From the NCBI GenBank assembly GCA_964446585.1, contig CAYUPI010000002.1, positions 40,950 through 104,949 of the forward strand: a stretch of DNA of 64,000 nt, written 5' to 3'. This document shows positions 28,645 to 37,396 of this stretch, in pieces; the stretch's first letter is position 1, and every line of letters begins with the position of its first letter. Origin of the DNA: an uncultured Verrucomicrobiota bacterium. Its GTDB lineage: Bacteria > Verrucomicrobiota > Verrucomicrobiia > Limisphaerales > UBA8199. Below the pieces are notes generated by a model, which saw only the letters and a program-made list of their open reading frames with translations, was not told the DNA's origin and made no database searches. A program made the translations under genes and the position numbers.

Positions 28645-28654
28645 CGCAGGATGC

Positions 28655-28750
28655 AGCCGCCGACGTCAGTCGGCGCTGATCGGAAAATCCAAAATCCAAA
28701 ATCGAAAATCCAAAATTGATCAGAGCCTTCTGACTTCGGCTCCTACAACT
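28655..28750. repeat. Palindromic repeat element family, copy A (degenerate)
   Basis: GCCGACGTCAGTCGGCGCTGATC-(TCCAAAA)n-GATCAGAGCCTTCTGACTTCGGCTCCTACA. Confidence 0.5.
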
Positions 28751-28797
28751 CTAAGCCACGCTCCAAAGCCTTCCGCACGGAATCATCAAAGGTCCCT

Positions 28798-29403
28798 ATG
28801 AACCCACTACCACCAGCCAACGCTGCTCTTCGCTTTCGCGCGGGGCACGTCGTCCTTCTCGCGTGTTTCATTTTGCTCGGCCTCAGCGTGGTTGGGGTCA
28901 CCGGATATTTCCGGCTGAGCTCCGAAACCGCGGCGCTTCGGTCAAGCTTGATGAGCGCTATCCCCGGAACATGGAACAAGAAAATCACCATCCACGTTGG
29001 CGGAATCACCATGGCTTTGTTGAGAAACGGTCTGCGATTCGTCCACCTTCAACCCGAACCGCGCGCTGCGATTGAAGCGCTGCGCGGCGCCGAGGTGGGC
29101 ATCTCTGAGCTGAGGGAGGAACGTGTGTTCGTTGAACGCGCAAAAGTGCTCTCCGCCGCTGATAAAGCGATGGCCGTGCGTGGCTGGGACCGCGTCGTCG
29201 GTGTGGCCGAGAAAGATGATCTGGTCGCCGTTTACATGCCTCGGAAAGGACTTGCGGTCGGCAGAATGAAATGTTGCGTGATGGTGCTGCACGGCGCAAC
29301 GCTGGTCATAGCTTCCGCGCGAGGTAATATAGTGCCCCTGCTTGATCTCTCCCGGGACCGTTTGCGGCTCCGGCCCGAAAAACTACATCTCGCCCTCCGC
29401 TGA
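28798..29403 (+). CDS. Hypothetical membrane-anchored protein
   Basis: N-terminal TM VVLLACFILLGLSVVGV. Confidence 0.4.
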   Translation: MNPLPPANAALRFRAGHVVLLACFILLGLSVVGVTGYFRLSSETAALRSSLMSAIPGTWNKKITIHVGGITMALLRNGLRFVHLQPEPRAAIEALRGAEVGISELREERVFVERAKVLSAADKAMAVRGWDRVVGVAEKDDLVAVYMPRKGLAVGRMKCCVMVLHGATLVIASARGNIVPLLDLSRDRLRLRPEKLHLALR

Positions 29404-29514
29404 CAAGTGCGCTGCTCTGGGGGAGCGCACGAGTCCGCTCGTGCGCCGTCCTAAAACCACGTGCAGGATTGCGAAGCTTTGAGATCTTCGTCTGTCGCTG
29501 CTTGCAGTTCCCAA

Positions 29515-29548
29515 ACTTTAGCCTTTAGCCTTTAGCCTTTGGCCTTTC
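29515..29548. repeat. Microsatellite (TAGCCTTT)x3-4
   Basis: tagcctttagcctttagcctttggccttt. Confidence 0.5.
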
Positions 29549-29601
29549 CCTGCTCCCGCGCCGCTCTTGACAAAAACGCCCACAATATTCAACTTCCCTC
29601 T

Positions 29602-30033
29602 ATGACAATGACCATCCCTAGGCAGTTCAGCTTTCCCTTAATCGCTTCAGGCCTCTCAATTGCGTTGGTACTCGGGTTCTGCGGCCTCGCGAGCGCGGCG
29701 GACGACAAGGCAGACCCGGTCGGGACGTGGAAGTGCGAATATGAAATCGGCGGGCAGCCGCGAACGTCCACCTTGACGATCACGAAGGACGGCGACAAGC
29801 TCGCAGGGACGATGGACTGGCCGAACCAGAAGGACGCGAAGCTCAAGGACGTGAAGCTGAAGGACGGGGAACTGACGTTCTCCGCTGAGCGGGTGTTGGG
29901 GGATAACAAGTACAACCTCGAGTACAAGCTGAAGGTCGAAGGGGACAAGCTCAAAGGGAAAGGCGCAGTGGTGACCGGGGACGAGAAGCGGGAGTTCGAC
30001 TTCGAGGCGAAGCGGGAGAGGAAGGACAAGTAG
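29602..30033 (+). CDS. Secreted hypothetical protein, Lys/Asp/Gly-rich beta-strand repeats
   Basis: Signal peptide MTMTIPRQFSFPLIASGLSIALVLGFCGLASA. Confidence 0.5.
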   Translation: MTMTIPRQFSFPLIASGLSIALVLGFCGLASAADDKADPVGTWKCEYEIGGQPRTSTLTITKDGDKLAGTMDWPNQKDAKLKDVKLKDGELTFSAERVLGDNKYNLEYKLKVEGDKLKGKGAVVTGDEKREFDFEAKRERKDK

Positions 30034-30628
30034 CTGGACCTGCGAATTCTGCGCGACGGGCACTGGGTGCGTCCGGATTCGTCCGGCCGGTCTTTTGTAA
30101 CGGAAAGGCTTCACAACAACATCGCCAGTAAGACCGTCAGCAACGACGGGCTTCGCGCCAAGGCCTTCGAAGGCATTCTGGACGACCTTCGCAAGTGACG
30201 ACGATTCGGTGGCGGGATAGCGGGATCGCCCGCGTCGCAGGACCGCGCCTTGCTATCAATACTCGGGTGTCCGGCGCGCCTGGCTATGGATCCTTTTCCC
30301 GGAGATAAACGGAAGCTCGATCTTAGGACTTCTACTGCCTTCGCCCCTAGTCCACCAACCGCTCGGTTTCCCGAGTTCTTCACGAGTCTGTCCATCCGTG
30401 ATTCTGAGGTTTCCGGCGCTGTTCTCCGCGATCTTTGCGTTCTCTGCGGTTATCCGTGTCCATCAGTGTTCATCTGTGGTTGAATCTTCAATAGTTGCGG
30501 CTTACAAACCCGGCCCGAAATTATAGGTGCAGAACCGGCTCGCTTGGTGTCCTTTGTCTCGAACAGATTCCTGCTTGATCGGCTATCAGGCGGGCAGTTA
30601 AATGGCCCTATGAACTGAGTGAGGCTCT

Positions 30629-31192
30629 ATGGACTTTCTGGTATATTCAATCTGTTTCGGAGTTGGACTGTTATTCGCCATCGTCAGCGCGCTGCTGGGC
30701 CATCTCTTTGGCGGCGGTCACGACGCACATGCGGAGATCGGGACCGGCGGCCACGCGGAAGCGGGATTCCAGGACACCGGCATGCCGGGGCTATCCCCTT
30801 TCAGCCCGACCAGCATCTCGTCGTTCATCACAGCGTTCGGTGGTCTCGGGCTGGTGCTCTCGCGCATTGAAGCCACTAAGAACCCGTGGGTCAGCGCGCC
30901 GCTGGCGACCGTTGGAGCGCTGATTATTGCCGCGCTGGTAATCTGGTTGTTCGGCACGATTTTCCACAAGACACAGAGTTCGAGTGAATCGCGCGTGGCC
31001 ACTCTCATCGGGATGAGCGGCACGGTCATCACCCCCATTCCGCCTAATGGGGTCGGCGAGATCGCTTACGTACAAGGCGGTACGCGATACTCGGCGCCGG
31101 CGCGCGATGAGCGCGGCGCGGCGGTTGCTGGCGGCCAAACCGTGAAGATCGTGCGCATCGTCGGTTCGCAGTTTTACGTCGTGCCTGTTTGA
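30629..31192 (+). CDS. NfeD-like membrane protein (flotillin partner)
   Basis: N-terminal TM helices plus a C-terminal OB-fold, GTVITPIPPNGVGEIAY...GQTVKIVRIVGSQFYVVP. Confidence 0.65.
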   Translation: MDFLVYSICFGVGLLFAIVSALLGHLFGGGHDAHAEIGTGGHAEAGFQDTGMPGLSPFSPTSISSFITAFGGLGLVLSRIEATKNPWVSAPLATVGALIIAALVIWLFGTIFHKTQSSSESRVATLIGMSGTVITPIPPNGVGEIAYVQGGTRYSAPARDERGAAVAGGQTVKIVRIVGSQFYVVPV

Positions 31193-31234
31193 TTTGCCAC
31201 TGAACCACCAACCACACTCAGAAGCTACCTGTTT

Positions 31235-32767
31235 ATGAACCACTCCTACTTTCTGGCGCAGAGCCTCCTCGGCAGCCTGGGCACCGTAGCCCTGGCCACT
31301 GTCGGCATCATTGTCGTGGTCGTCATTTTCATGGCGATTTGGGCCAGCCGTTATACCAAGGTCGGCCCGAACGAAGTGCTCGTGGTTTCCGGCCGCAAAC
31401 ATCGCTACCGCGATCCGGATGGCACAGTTCAGTTGCGCGGCTTCCGCGTGGTCAAGGGCGGCGGCACCTTCGTGATTCCAGTCGTCGAGAAAGTGGACCG
31501 CCTGTCGCTGGAATTGCTCACGATAGATGTGCAACAGGAGCAGGATGTTTATACGAGCAAAGGCGTGCCGGTGCGCGTGGACGGTGTCGCTCAGATCAAA
31601 GTCAAAGGCGACGACATCTCAATTGCGACTGCGGCCGAGCAGTTCCTCAGCAAGCAAACCGAGGAAATCAAAAACATCGCAATGCAAACTTTGGAAGGCC
31701 ATCTGCGCGCGATCCTGGGCACGATGACCGTCGAAGACATCTACCAGAATCGCGACGCGTTTGCCTCGAAGGTCCAGGAAGTAGCCGCCGGCGACATGGC
31801 AAATATGGGCCTGGCCATCGTCAGCTTCACGATTCGTGACATCAAGGATAGCCAGGGTTACCTCGACGCCCTGGGCAAGCCGCGCATCGCCCAGGTCAAG
31901 CGCGACGCGGTCATCGCCCAGGCCGAGGCGGACCGGGATGCGATGATCCGCTCGGCCCAGGCCACCCAGGCGGGCCAGGAAGCCAAGTTCCTGGCCGATA
32001 CGAAAATCGCCGAGGCGCAGCGGGACTATCAAAGCAACGTGGCGCAGTACCAGGCCGCGGTGAATCAGAAAAAGGCCGAGGCTGACCTGGCGTACGATTT
32101 GCAAAAATACAAGACGGGCCAGCTCGTCAAAGCCGAGGAGGTGCAGGTCAGCATCATCGAGAAACAAAAGCAGATCGAATTGCAGCAGCAGGAAATTCAG
32201 CGCCGGCAAAAGGAACTCGAAGCGAACGTCCAAAAGCCGGCCGACGCCGAACGGTACAAGGTCGAAACCCTGGCCAACGCGCGCAAGTTCCAGTTGGAGA
32301 CCGAGGCTGCTGGCTCGGCCTCGGCGACCAAGGCCACCGGGTTCGCCAACGCGGATGTGACCAAAGCAACCGGTATCGCCGAAGCCGAAGCCTCGAAGGC
32401 CAAAGGTCTGGCCGAGGCAGCCATCATTGAGGCACAAGGCGGCGCCACTGCCGAAGCCATGCGGCTGAAGGCGGAGTCGTTCAAGCAGTACAACGAAGCT
32501 GCAGTCGTCGAAATGATCATCCGGATTCTTCCCGATGTAGCGGGCAAGATCAGCGAACCGCTCTCGAAGACTGAGCGCATGGTCATAATCAATTCCGGGA
32601 ATGGCATGGGCAGCGGAGCGAGCAAGCTCACCGGCGACATCACCCAGATCGTGGCGCAGTTGCCGCCGGTGATTGAGAGCCTGACGGGGATTAAGTTTGA
32701 GAAGCTCCTTGAGCGAGTGCCCGAGCTGCGCAAAGGAATGGACAAATCGGCGGCCGGGGACAAATAG
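31235..32767 (+). CDS. Flotillin-like SPFH/band-7 protein
   Basis: SPFH domain followed by a long Ala/Glu-rich coiled-coil, EAQRDYQSNVAQYQAAVNQKKAEADLAYD... Confidence 0.85.
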   Translation: MNHSYFLAQSLLGSLGTVALATVGIIVVVVIFMAIWASRYTKVGPNEVLVVSGRKHRYRDPDGTVQLRGFRVVKGGGTFVIPVVEKVDRLSLELLTIDVQQEQDVYTSKGVPVRVDGVAQIKVKGDDISIATAAEQFLSKQTEEIKNIAMQTLEGHLRAILGTMTVEDIYQNRDAFASKVQEVAAGDMANMGLAIVSFTIRDIKDSQGYLDALGKPRIAQVKRDAVIAQAEADRDAMIRSAQATQAGQEAKFLADTKIAEAQRDYQSNVAQYQAAVNQKKAEADLAYDLQKYKTGQLVKAEEVQVSIIEKQKQIELQQQEIQRRQKELEANVQKPADAERYKVETLANARKFQLETEAAGSASATKATGFANADVTKATGIAEAEASKAKGLAEAAIIEAQGGATAEAMRLKAESFKQYNEAAVVEMIIRILPDVAGKISEPLSKTERMVIINSGNGMGSGASKLTGDITQIVAQLPPVIESLTGIKFEKLLERVPELRKGMDKSAAGDK

Positions 32768-32849
32768 CTCTTTTGGGGAAGTCGTATGACCTCCACTCCT
32801 AAAATCGCTTATTGCGTCAGGGATATTTTTAGTGCGTGTCATCCGCGTG

Positions 32850-32935
32850 TACGAGCCGACGTGAGGAGGCTCTGATCAATTTTGGATTTTGGATTTTGGA
32901 TTTTTAAGTCAGAGCCTCCTTACGTCGGCTCCTAC
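32850..32935. repeat. Palindromic repeat element family, copy B
   Basis: GAGCCGACGTGAGGAGGCTCTGATC-(TTTTGGA)x3-TCAGAGCCTCCTTACGTCGGCTC. Confidence 0.6.
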
Positions 32936-32953
32936 ATTAATGAAAGGTCACTT

Positions 32954-33190
32954 ATGTTTGCACTGTTTGATTTGATTGGACTCGGGCTGGGTTTGTTTTT
33001 GATCCCGTTTGGCCTTCTGCTGTTCGTCTTCTGGATCTGGATGCTGATCCATGCAGCAACCAACCGTGGCCTGAGCGACGGAGAAAAGATCGTCTGGGTG
33101 CTGATCGTGTTGTTTCTGCATTTTCTCGGCGCTCTGATCTATTTCTTTGTCGGCCGACCCAAAGGCGGCGCCGCCTCACCAGTCCTATGA
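32954..33190 (+). CDS. PLDc_N-domain small membrane protein
   Basis: WIWMLIHAATNRGLSDGEKIVWVLIVLFLHFLGALIYFFVGR matches the phospholipase-D N-terminal-like small membrane protein family. Confidence 0.6.
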   Translation: MFALFDLIGLGLGLFLIPFGLLLFVFWIWMLIHAATNRGLSDGEKIVWVLIVLFLHFLGALIYFFVGRPKGGAASPVL

Positions 33191-33200
33191 ACGACGTGCC

Positions 33201-34034
33201 ATGCGCTTGCTCGAAGCCATTATTGATGCCAATCACCGCGCGCTGGCTGGCGATCCGAATGCCGGCTTGCATCCTGCAGACTTCGAGAGCGAGTTGCCGC
33301 TCGTCGCCCTGACGTGCATTGACCCGCGTCTCAATCCGCTCCTGCCATCCGTCCTGGGTGTGCCGCCTGAGCAGTTCATTTGGCTGCGGAACGCCGGCAA
33401 TGTCATCACTGGACCTCTCAGCAGCACGATGCGGTCGCTGTCCCTGGCTTGCGCAGTGAAGGGCGGCAAGGAAATTGCCATTATGGGCCACACCGATTGT
33501 CTCGTGGGCAAGACGACGACGATGGACTTGATAGACCGCCTGCGCGCGCTGGGCGTCGAACGGCATCTGTTGCCCGACAATATCAACGAATACTTTGGGG
33601 TTTTCAGCAGCGAACGCCAAAACGTGATCAAAGCGGTTGACTTCGTGCGGAACAGCCCCTTGATCGGGCCGAAGATCCCCGTGCACGGTTTGCTCGTTGA
33701 TATCGGCACTGGCAAGCTTGACTGGCTTGTGAACGGTTACCAGGCCCTTGAGACGCTTGGCTCGCGCTGGCAGGAGGTTGTAAAGTCTGCCGGTCACACG
33801 GTGGATGCGCTGAAAGCGCTCACCGATTTCAACATCGGCGAGATGAAATTCCCCGAAACAAAGATCGGCGAGATCGTCACGCGCGGCCAGGATTGGCTGT
33901 CGGGAAAGGTGCACCAAATCGGCGCTCATCCGCCACCGGTCCCGGCGGAACCGAAACCTCCGGCCACACCACCAAAGATTCCACTACCCCCTCCGCTTCG
34001 CCCGAGGGTGCGCCTCACCAAAGGCCAGAAATGA
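33201..34034 (+). CDS. Beta-class carbonic anhydrase-like protein with Pro-rich C-terminal tail
   Basis: CIDPR and IAIMGHTDCLVG resemble the beta-CA zinc-ligand motifs CxDxR and HxxC. Confidence 0.5.
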   Translation: MRLLEAIIDANHRALAGDPNAGLHPADFESELPLVALTCIDPRLNPLLPSVLGVPPEQFIWLRNAGNVITGPLSSTMRSLSLACAVKGGKEIAIMGHTDCLVGKTTTMDLIDRLRALGVERHLLPDNINEYFGVFSSERQNVIKAVDFVRNSPLIGPKIPVHGLLVDIGTGKLDWLVNGYQALETLGSRWQEVVKSAGHTVDALKALTDFNIGEMKFPETKIGEIVTRGQDWLSGKVHQIGAHPPPVPAEPKPPATPPKIPLPPPLRPRVRLTKGQK

Positions 34035-34047
34035 TTGGAGTCCGGCT

Positions 34048-34722
34048 ATGGCCGATCCAACTACAAAGCATCGTCGGGGCTGGCTGCACCTTGGCTGTAT
34101 TGGTGCGCTGGTGCTCATGCTGGTCATCGTCGTCGGTGGGTTGCTCGGCCTCTACTACGCTCGCAAGATGTTCAATGATTTCACCGACGCTCAACCGCTG
34201 CCCCTGCCACAAGTAAGGGTACCGCAGGCTGAAATTGATCGCGTTGAGGGAAGGCTCGATACCTTTCGTCAGGCGCTCGGCGCGGCAAAACCGGCCGCCC
34301 CGTTGATCCTCACCGGCGAGGAACTCAATGTTCTCATCGCTGCCGATCCTGATTTCATCGCTTTCAAGGACAAGTTCTATGTCGCCCTCTCAAACGACAA
34401 GATTAATGGCCAATTGAGCCTGCCGATGGAAGCGCTGGGCCTGTCGATTTTCCACGGCCGATACTTCAATGGCACAGGAACGTTTAGCATCGCGCTGCAA
34501 AATGGTCGTGTCCGACTCATCGCGCTCAATCTGCTCGCAAAGGGAAGACCGGTGGTCGATGTCTATCTGAATGAGATCAGAAAGCACAACCTCGCCGAGA
34601 GCTTTAACAACCAGCCACGCGTGAAGGCGACATTGGAACGGCTGCGCGAAATCAGAGTCACGGACGGCAAACTCATGGCTGTGCCGAAGAACTTGCCGAC
34701 AGAAGGAGCACCTACTCAGTGA
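34048..34722 (+). CDS. Hypothetical membrane-anchored protein
   Basis: N-terminal TM LHLGCIGALVLMLVIVVGGLLGLYY. Confidence 0.5.
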   Translation: MADPTTKHRRGWLHLGCIGALVLMLVIVVGGLLGLYYARKMFNDFTDAQPLPLPQVRVPQAEIDRVEGRLDTFRQALGAAKPAAPLILTGEELNVLIAADPDFIAFKDKFYVALSNDKINGQLSLPMEALGLSIFHGRYFNGTGTFSIALQNGRVRLIALNLLAKGRPVVDVYLNEIRKHNLAESFNNQPRVKATLERLREIRVTDGKLMAVPKNLPTEGAPTQ

Positions 34723-34762
34723 AGACGGAGGCGGCGGCGCGCGTTTAGCAAGCCAACCTCTC

Positions 34763-34840
34763 TGTAGGAGCCGACGTGAGGAGGCTCTAATCTGCGCCGT
34801 AAGCCGTTGAAATTTGAGCCTCCTCACGTCGGCTCCTACA
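34763..34840. repeat. Palindromic repeat element family, copy C (perfect 25-bp arms)
   Basis: TGTAGGAGCCGACGTGAGGAGGCTC...GAGCCTCCTCACGTCGGCTCCTACA, between convergent genes. Confidence 0.65.
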
Positions 34841-34854
34841 ATTGTAGAACATGC

Positions 34855-36003
34855 TCAAACCGGCCGTAGCCATTGTTTATGCTCCAGCATTGCATAGCGA
34901 TCCGTCATCCCGGCCAGGTAATCGCAAACGGCCCGGGGCCAGCCGTCGCGCCGGGCGCGTTTGCGCGCCATTGTGCCGACGGCCTCGTGATGTCGGCTGT
35001 AGTAATCGAACAATTCTTCGAGAACCCGCCGCGCGCGAATATGCGGCTCGTTGACCACGGTATTGTAGTAGAGGTTCTTGTACAGAAATTTCCGTAACTC
35101 AAGATTCAACTCGCGGCGCTTCGGACTATACTGGACCAGTGATTTGGGCTGAAGCCTGACCTCGTCCGCAGTCCGCACGCCGGCATCGCGGATCAGCGCC
35201 TCCGTGGTCGTCACCACGTCCTTGACCTGCAAATCGATGATCCAGCGGATAATGAAATAGCGCCGGCATTCATCTGGCAACTTTCCGTACTCGCGCTCGA
35301 CAGTGCGCCGAGCTTCGCGCCAGATCCGAACCTGCCGGTCGAGTTGCGCTTCGGAAAGCAACTCCGAATCCAGGCCATCATCCAGATCGTGGCTGTAATA
35401 AGTGATTTCGTCCGCGAGATTGGCGACTTGCGCTTCGAGCGATGAGGATTTGGCGGCAAAATCCTTCCGTCTGCTGGGGTGATCGTGGGCGGTATAATGC
35501 TTCACCAGGCCCTCCCGCACTTCCCAGGTGAGGTTCAAACCCGAGAACCGCGGGTATTTCTGCTCCAGTTCTTCAACGATTCGCAGGCTTTGGCGATTGT
35601 GCTCGAAACCGCCGTGCTCTTTCATCAACCGCCTGAGGACCGTCTCGCCTTTATGGCCGAACGGTGAGTGGCCCAGGTCGTGCGCCAGCGCGATCGTCTC
35701 CGACAAATCCTCATTCAACCGCAGTGCGCGGCTGATATTGCGCGAGATCGCTGCGACTTCCATCGTGTGGGTGAGCCGCGTGCGCAAGTGGTCCCCGGTG
35801 CCATTGAGAAATACCTGGGTCTTGTATTCCAGCCGGCGAAACGCGCGAGAATGGATCACCCGGTCGCGGTCGCGCTGATATTCCGTGCGCCAATCCGGCC
35901 GTGTCTCCTGGTATTTGCGCCCGCGCGTGTCCGCGCTCAGTTGGGCGTAAGGCGCGAGGTTTTGCCGTTCGATTTGTTCCAGCTCCTCTCGCGTGCGGGG
36001 CAT
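34855..36003 (-). CDS. dGTP triphosphohydrolase-like HD-domain protein
   Basis: HD motif region HTMEVAAISRNISRAL...AHDLGHSPFGH. The start is judged to be MPRTREELEQ. Confidence 0.85.
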   Translation of the reverse strand: MPRTREELEQIERQNLAPYAQLSADTRGRKYQETRPDWRTEYQRDRDRVIHSRAFRRLEYKTQVFLNGTGDHLRTRLTHTMEVAAISRNISRALRLNEDLSETIALAHDLGHSPFGHKGETVLRRLMKEHGGFEHNRQSLRIVEELEQKYPRFSGLNLTWEVREGLVKHYTAHDHPSRRKDFAAKSSSLEAQVANLADEITYYSHDLDDGLDSELLSEAQLDRQVRIWREARRTVEREYGKLPDECRRYFIIRWIIDLQVKDVVTTTEALIRDAGVRTADEVRLQPKSLVQYSPKRRELNLELRKFLYKNLYYNTVVNEPHIRARRVLEELFDYYSRHHEAVGTMARKRARRDGWPRAVCDYLAGMTDRYAMLEHKQWLRPV

Positions 36004-36049
36004 GGCAATCTGGATGCCGTGGTAGGGCGCGCTGTCCCCGGCGCGCCGG

Positions 36050-37273
36050 TTAAGTCCCCAGCAATTGCTGCAAGGAAATCCCGCGCAGCTCGAACAGGCG
36101 GCGAATGGCGTCCTCAATCAAATTGTTCGGACAGGACGCCCCGGCGGTGATGCCGACCGTGATTTTGCCCGCCGGCAACCAGTCACGAGTCTCAATTTCT
36201 TCGTGCCGGTGTTGCTCGTAGTGCCGGATCAGCTTGTCCGACTCCATTTTCGCGGCGTTCTTGATGAAGTAAGTCTTGAGCTTTGCTTCACCCATTTCAG
36301 CCAAATGCGACGTGTTCGAGGAATTATAGCCACCGATCACCAGCAGCAAATCGAGGGGCTCGTGCAGGAGCTTCTCCAACGCGTCTTGTCGATCCTGTGT
36401 GGCCCCGCAAATCGTATCAAAGAACCGGAAATGGTTTTGCAGTTCCGCCTCTCCGTATTTCCGGATCATGGCGGTTTTGAGACGCCGCTGGACGTCCTCG
36501 GTCTCGCCCCGCAACATCGTCGTTTGGTTGGCCACGCCGATGCTCTGCAAGTGGATATCGGGATCGAAACCCTCCGAGTAGGCGCCCTTGAATTTCTCGA
36601 GGAACTCCGCTTTGTCGCCACCCTCGACGATGTATTTGCAGACCAGATCAGTCTCCGCCAGGGTAAACACGACCAGGTAATGTCCTCCGCCGCTGGCCCG
36701 GGCCTGGGAACTGGTTGCCTTCGTCTCCTCGTGCCACGCCTTGCCGTGAATGATGCTCGTGACCGAATCCTTCGAATATTGCCGCACTCGTTTCCAAACA
36801 CTCATCACGTCGCCGCAAGTCGTGTCCACGAACAAGCAACGCTTCTCCTCCAGTTTCTTGCGCGTCCCGACCTCCGTGCCGAAGGCGGGAATGATCACGA
36901 TGTCTTCCGGTTGCAATTGGTTGATTTCGTCGTCGCCCGGTTTGCCAGCAATCGTCACGATGCCCAGGCGCCGAATCTGGTCGTTCACTTCCGGGTTATG
37001 GATGATTTCGCCCAGCAGGAAGATCCTCCGATCCGGATACGCGCGGCGCGCTGCGTACGCCAGGTCGATCGCCCGCTCAACTCCATAACAGAACCCGAAT
37101 TCCTTCGCCAACTTGATGGTCAAGTCGCCGGCCGAGAGGATGTGCCCGCTGGCGCGGATCTTTTCCACCAGATCGCTCCGGTAATGCGACAGCACTTGCG
37201 CCTGTACTGCCGCCATAATATCCGGCCGGCGCAGGTTGATTTTCTGCGGTGCTGCAGGGGCTTCGGTTATCAT
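36050..37273 (-). CDS. ispH: 4-hydroxy-3-methylbut-2-enyl diphosphate reductase (IspH/LytB), long form
   Basis: EFGFCYGVERAIDLA...IIHNPEVN... conserved Cys ligands. At 407 aa it is longer than a typical IspH. Confidence 0.8.
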   Translation of the reverse strand: MITEAPAAPQKINLRRPDIMAAVQAQVLSHYRSDLVEKIRASGHILSAGDLTIKLAKEFGFCYGVERAIDLAYAARRAYPDRRIFLLGEIIHNPEVNDQIRRLGIVTIAGKPGDDEINQLQPEDIVIIPAFGTEVGTRKKLEEKRCLFVDTTCGDVMSVWKRVRQYSKDSVTSIIHGKAWHEETKATSSQARASGGGHYLVVFTLAETDLVCKYIVEGGDKAEFLEKFKGAYSEGFDPDIHLQSIGVANQTTMLRGETEDVQRRLKTAMIRKYGEAELQNHFRFFDTICGATQDRQDALEKLLHEPLDLLLVIGGYNSSNTSHLAEMGEAKLKTYFIKNAAKMESDKLIRHYEQHRHEEIETRDWLPAGKITVGITAGASCPNNLIEDAIRRLFELRGISLQQLLGT

Positions 37274-37396
37274 TCCTCAACCACTCTAACACCGCCCCAT
37301 CTGCCGTCCAGCACAAAGCCGGACGCCAGCTAACTTCGCAGCGGCCAGCATTTTGCATTGGCCAGCCAGGGCTTTTTAGTCAGCATCTGCATCGCC

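Noticed and set aside
31619-32842. 407-aa minus-strand ORF antisense to the flotillin gene
   Set aside because: It is antisense to a well-supported SPFH/flotillin gene and is low-complexity.
28680-32910. TTTTGGA heptamer runs as a CRISPR array or other regular repeat array
   Set aside because: There are only 3-4 heptamer units with no spacers. They sit in the loop of a palindromic repeat element. This is a microsatellite, not a CRISPR array.
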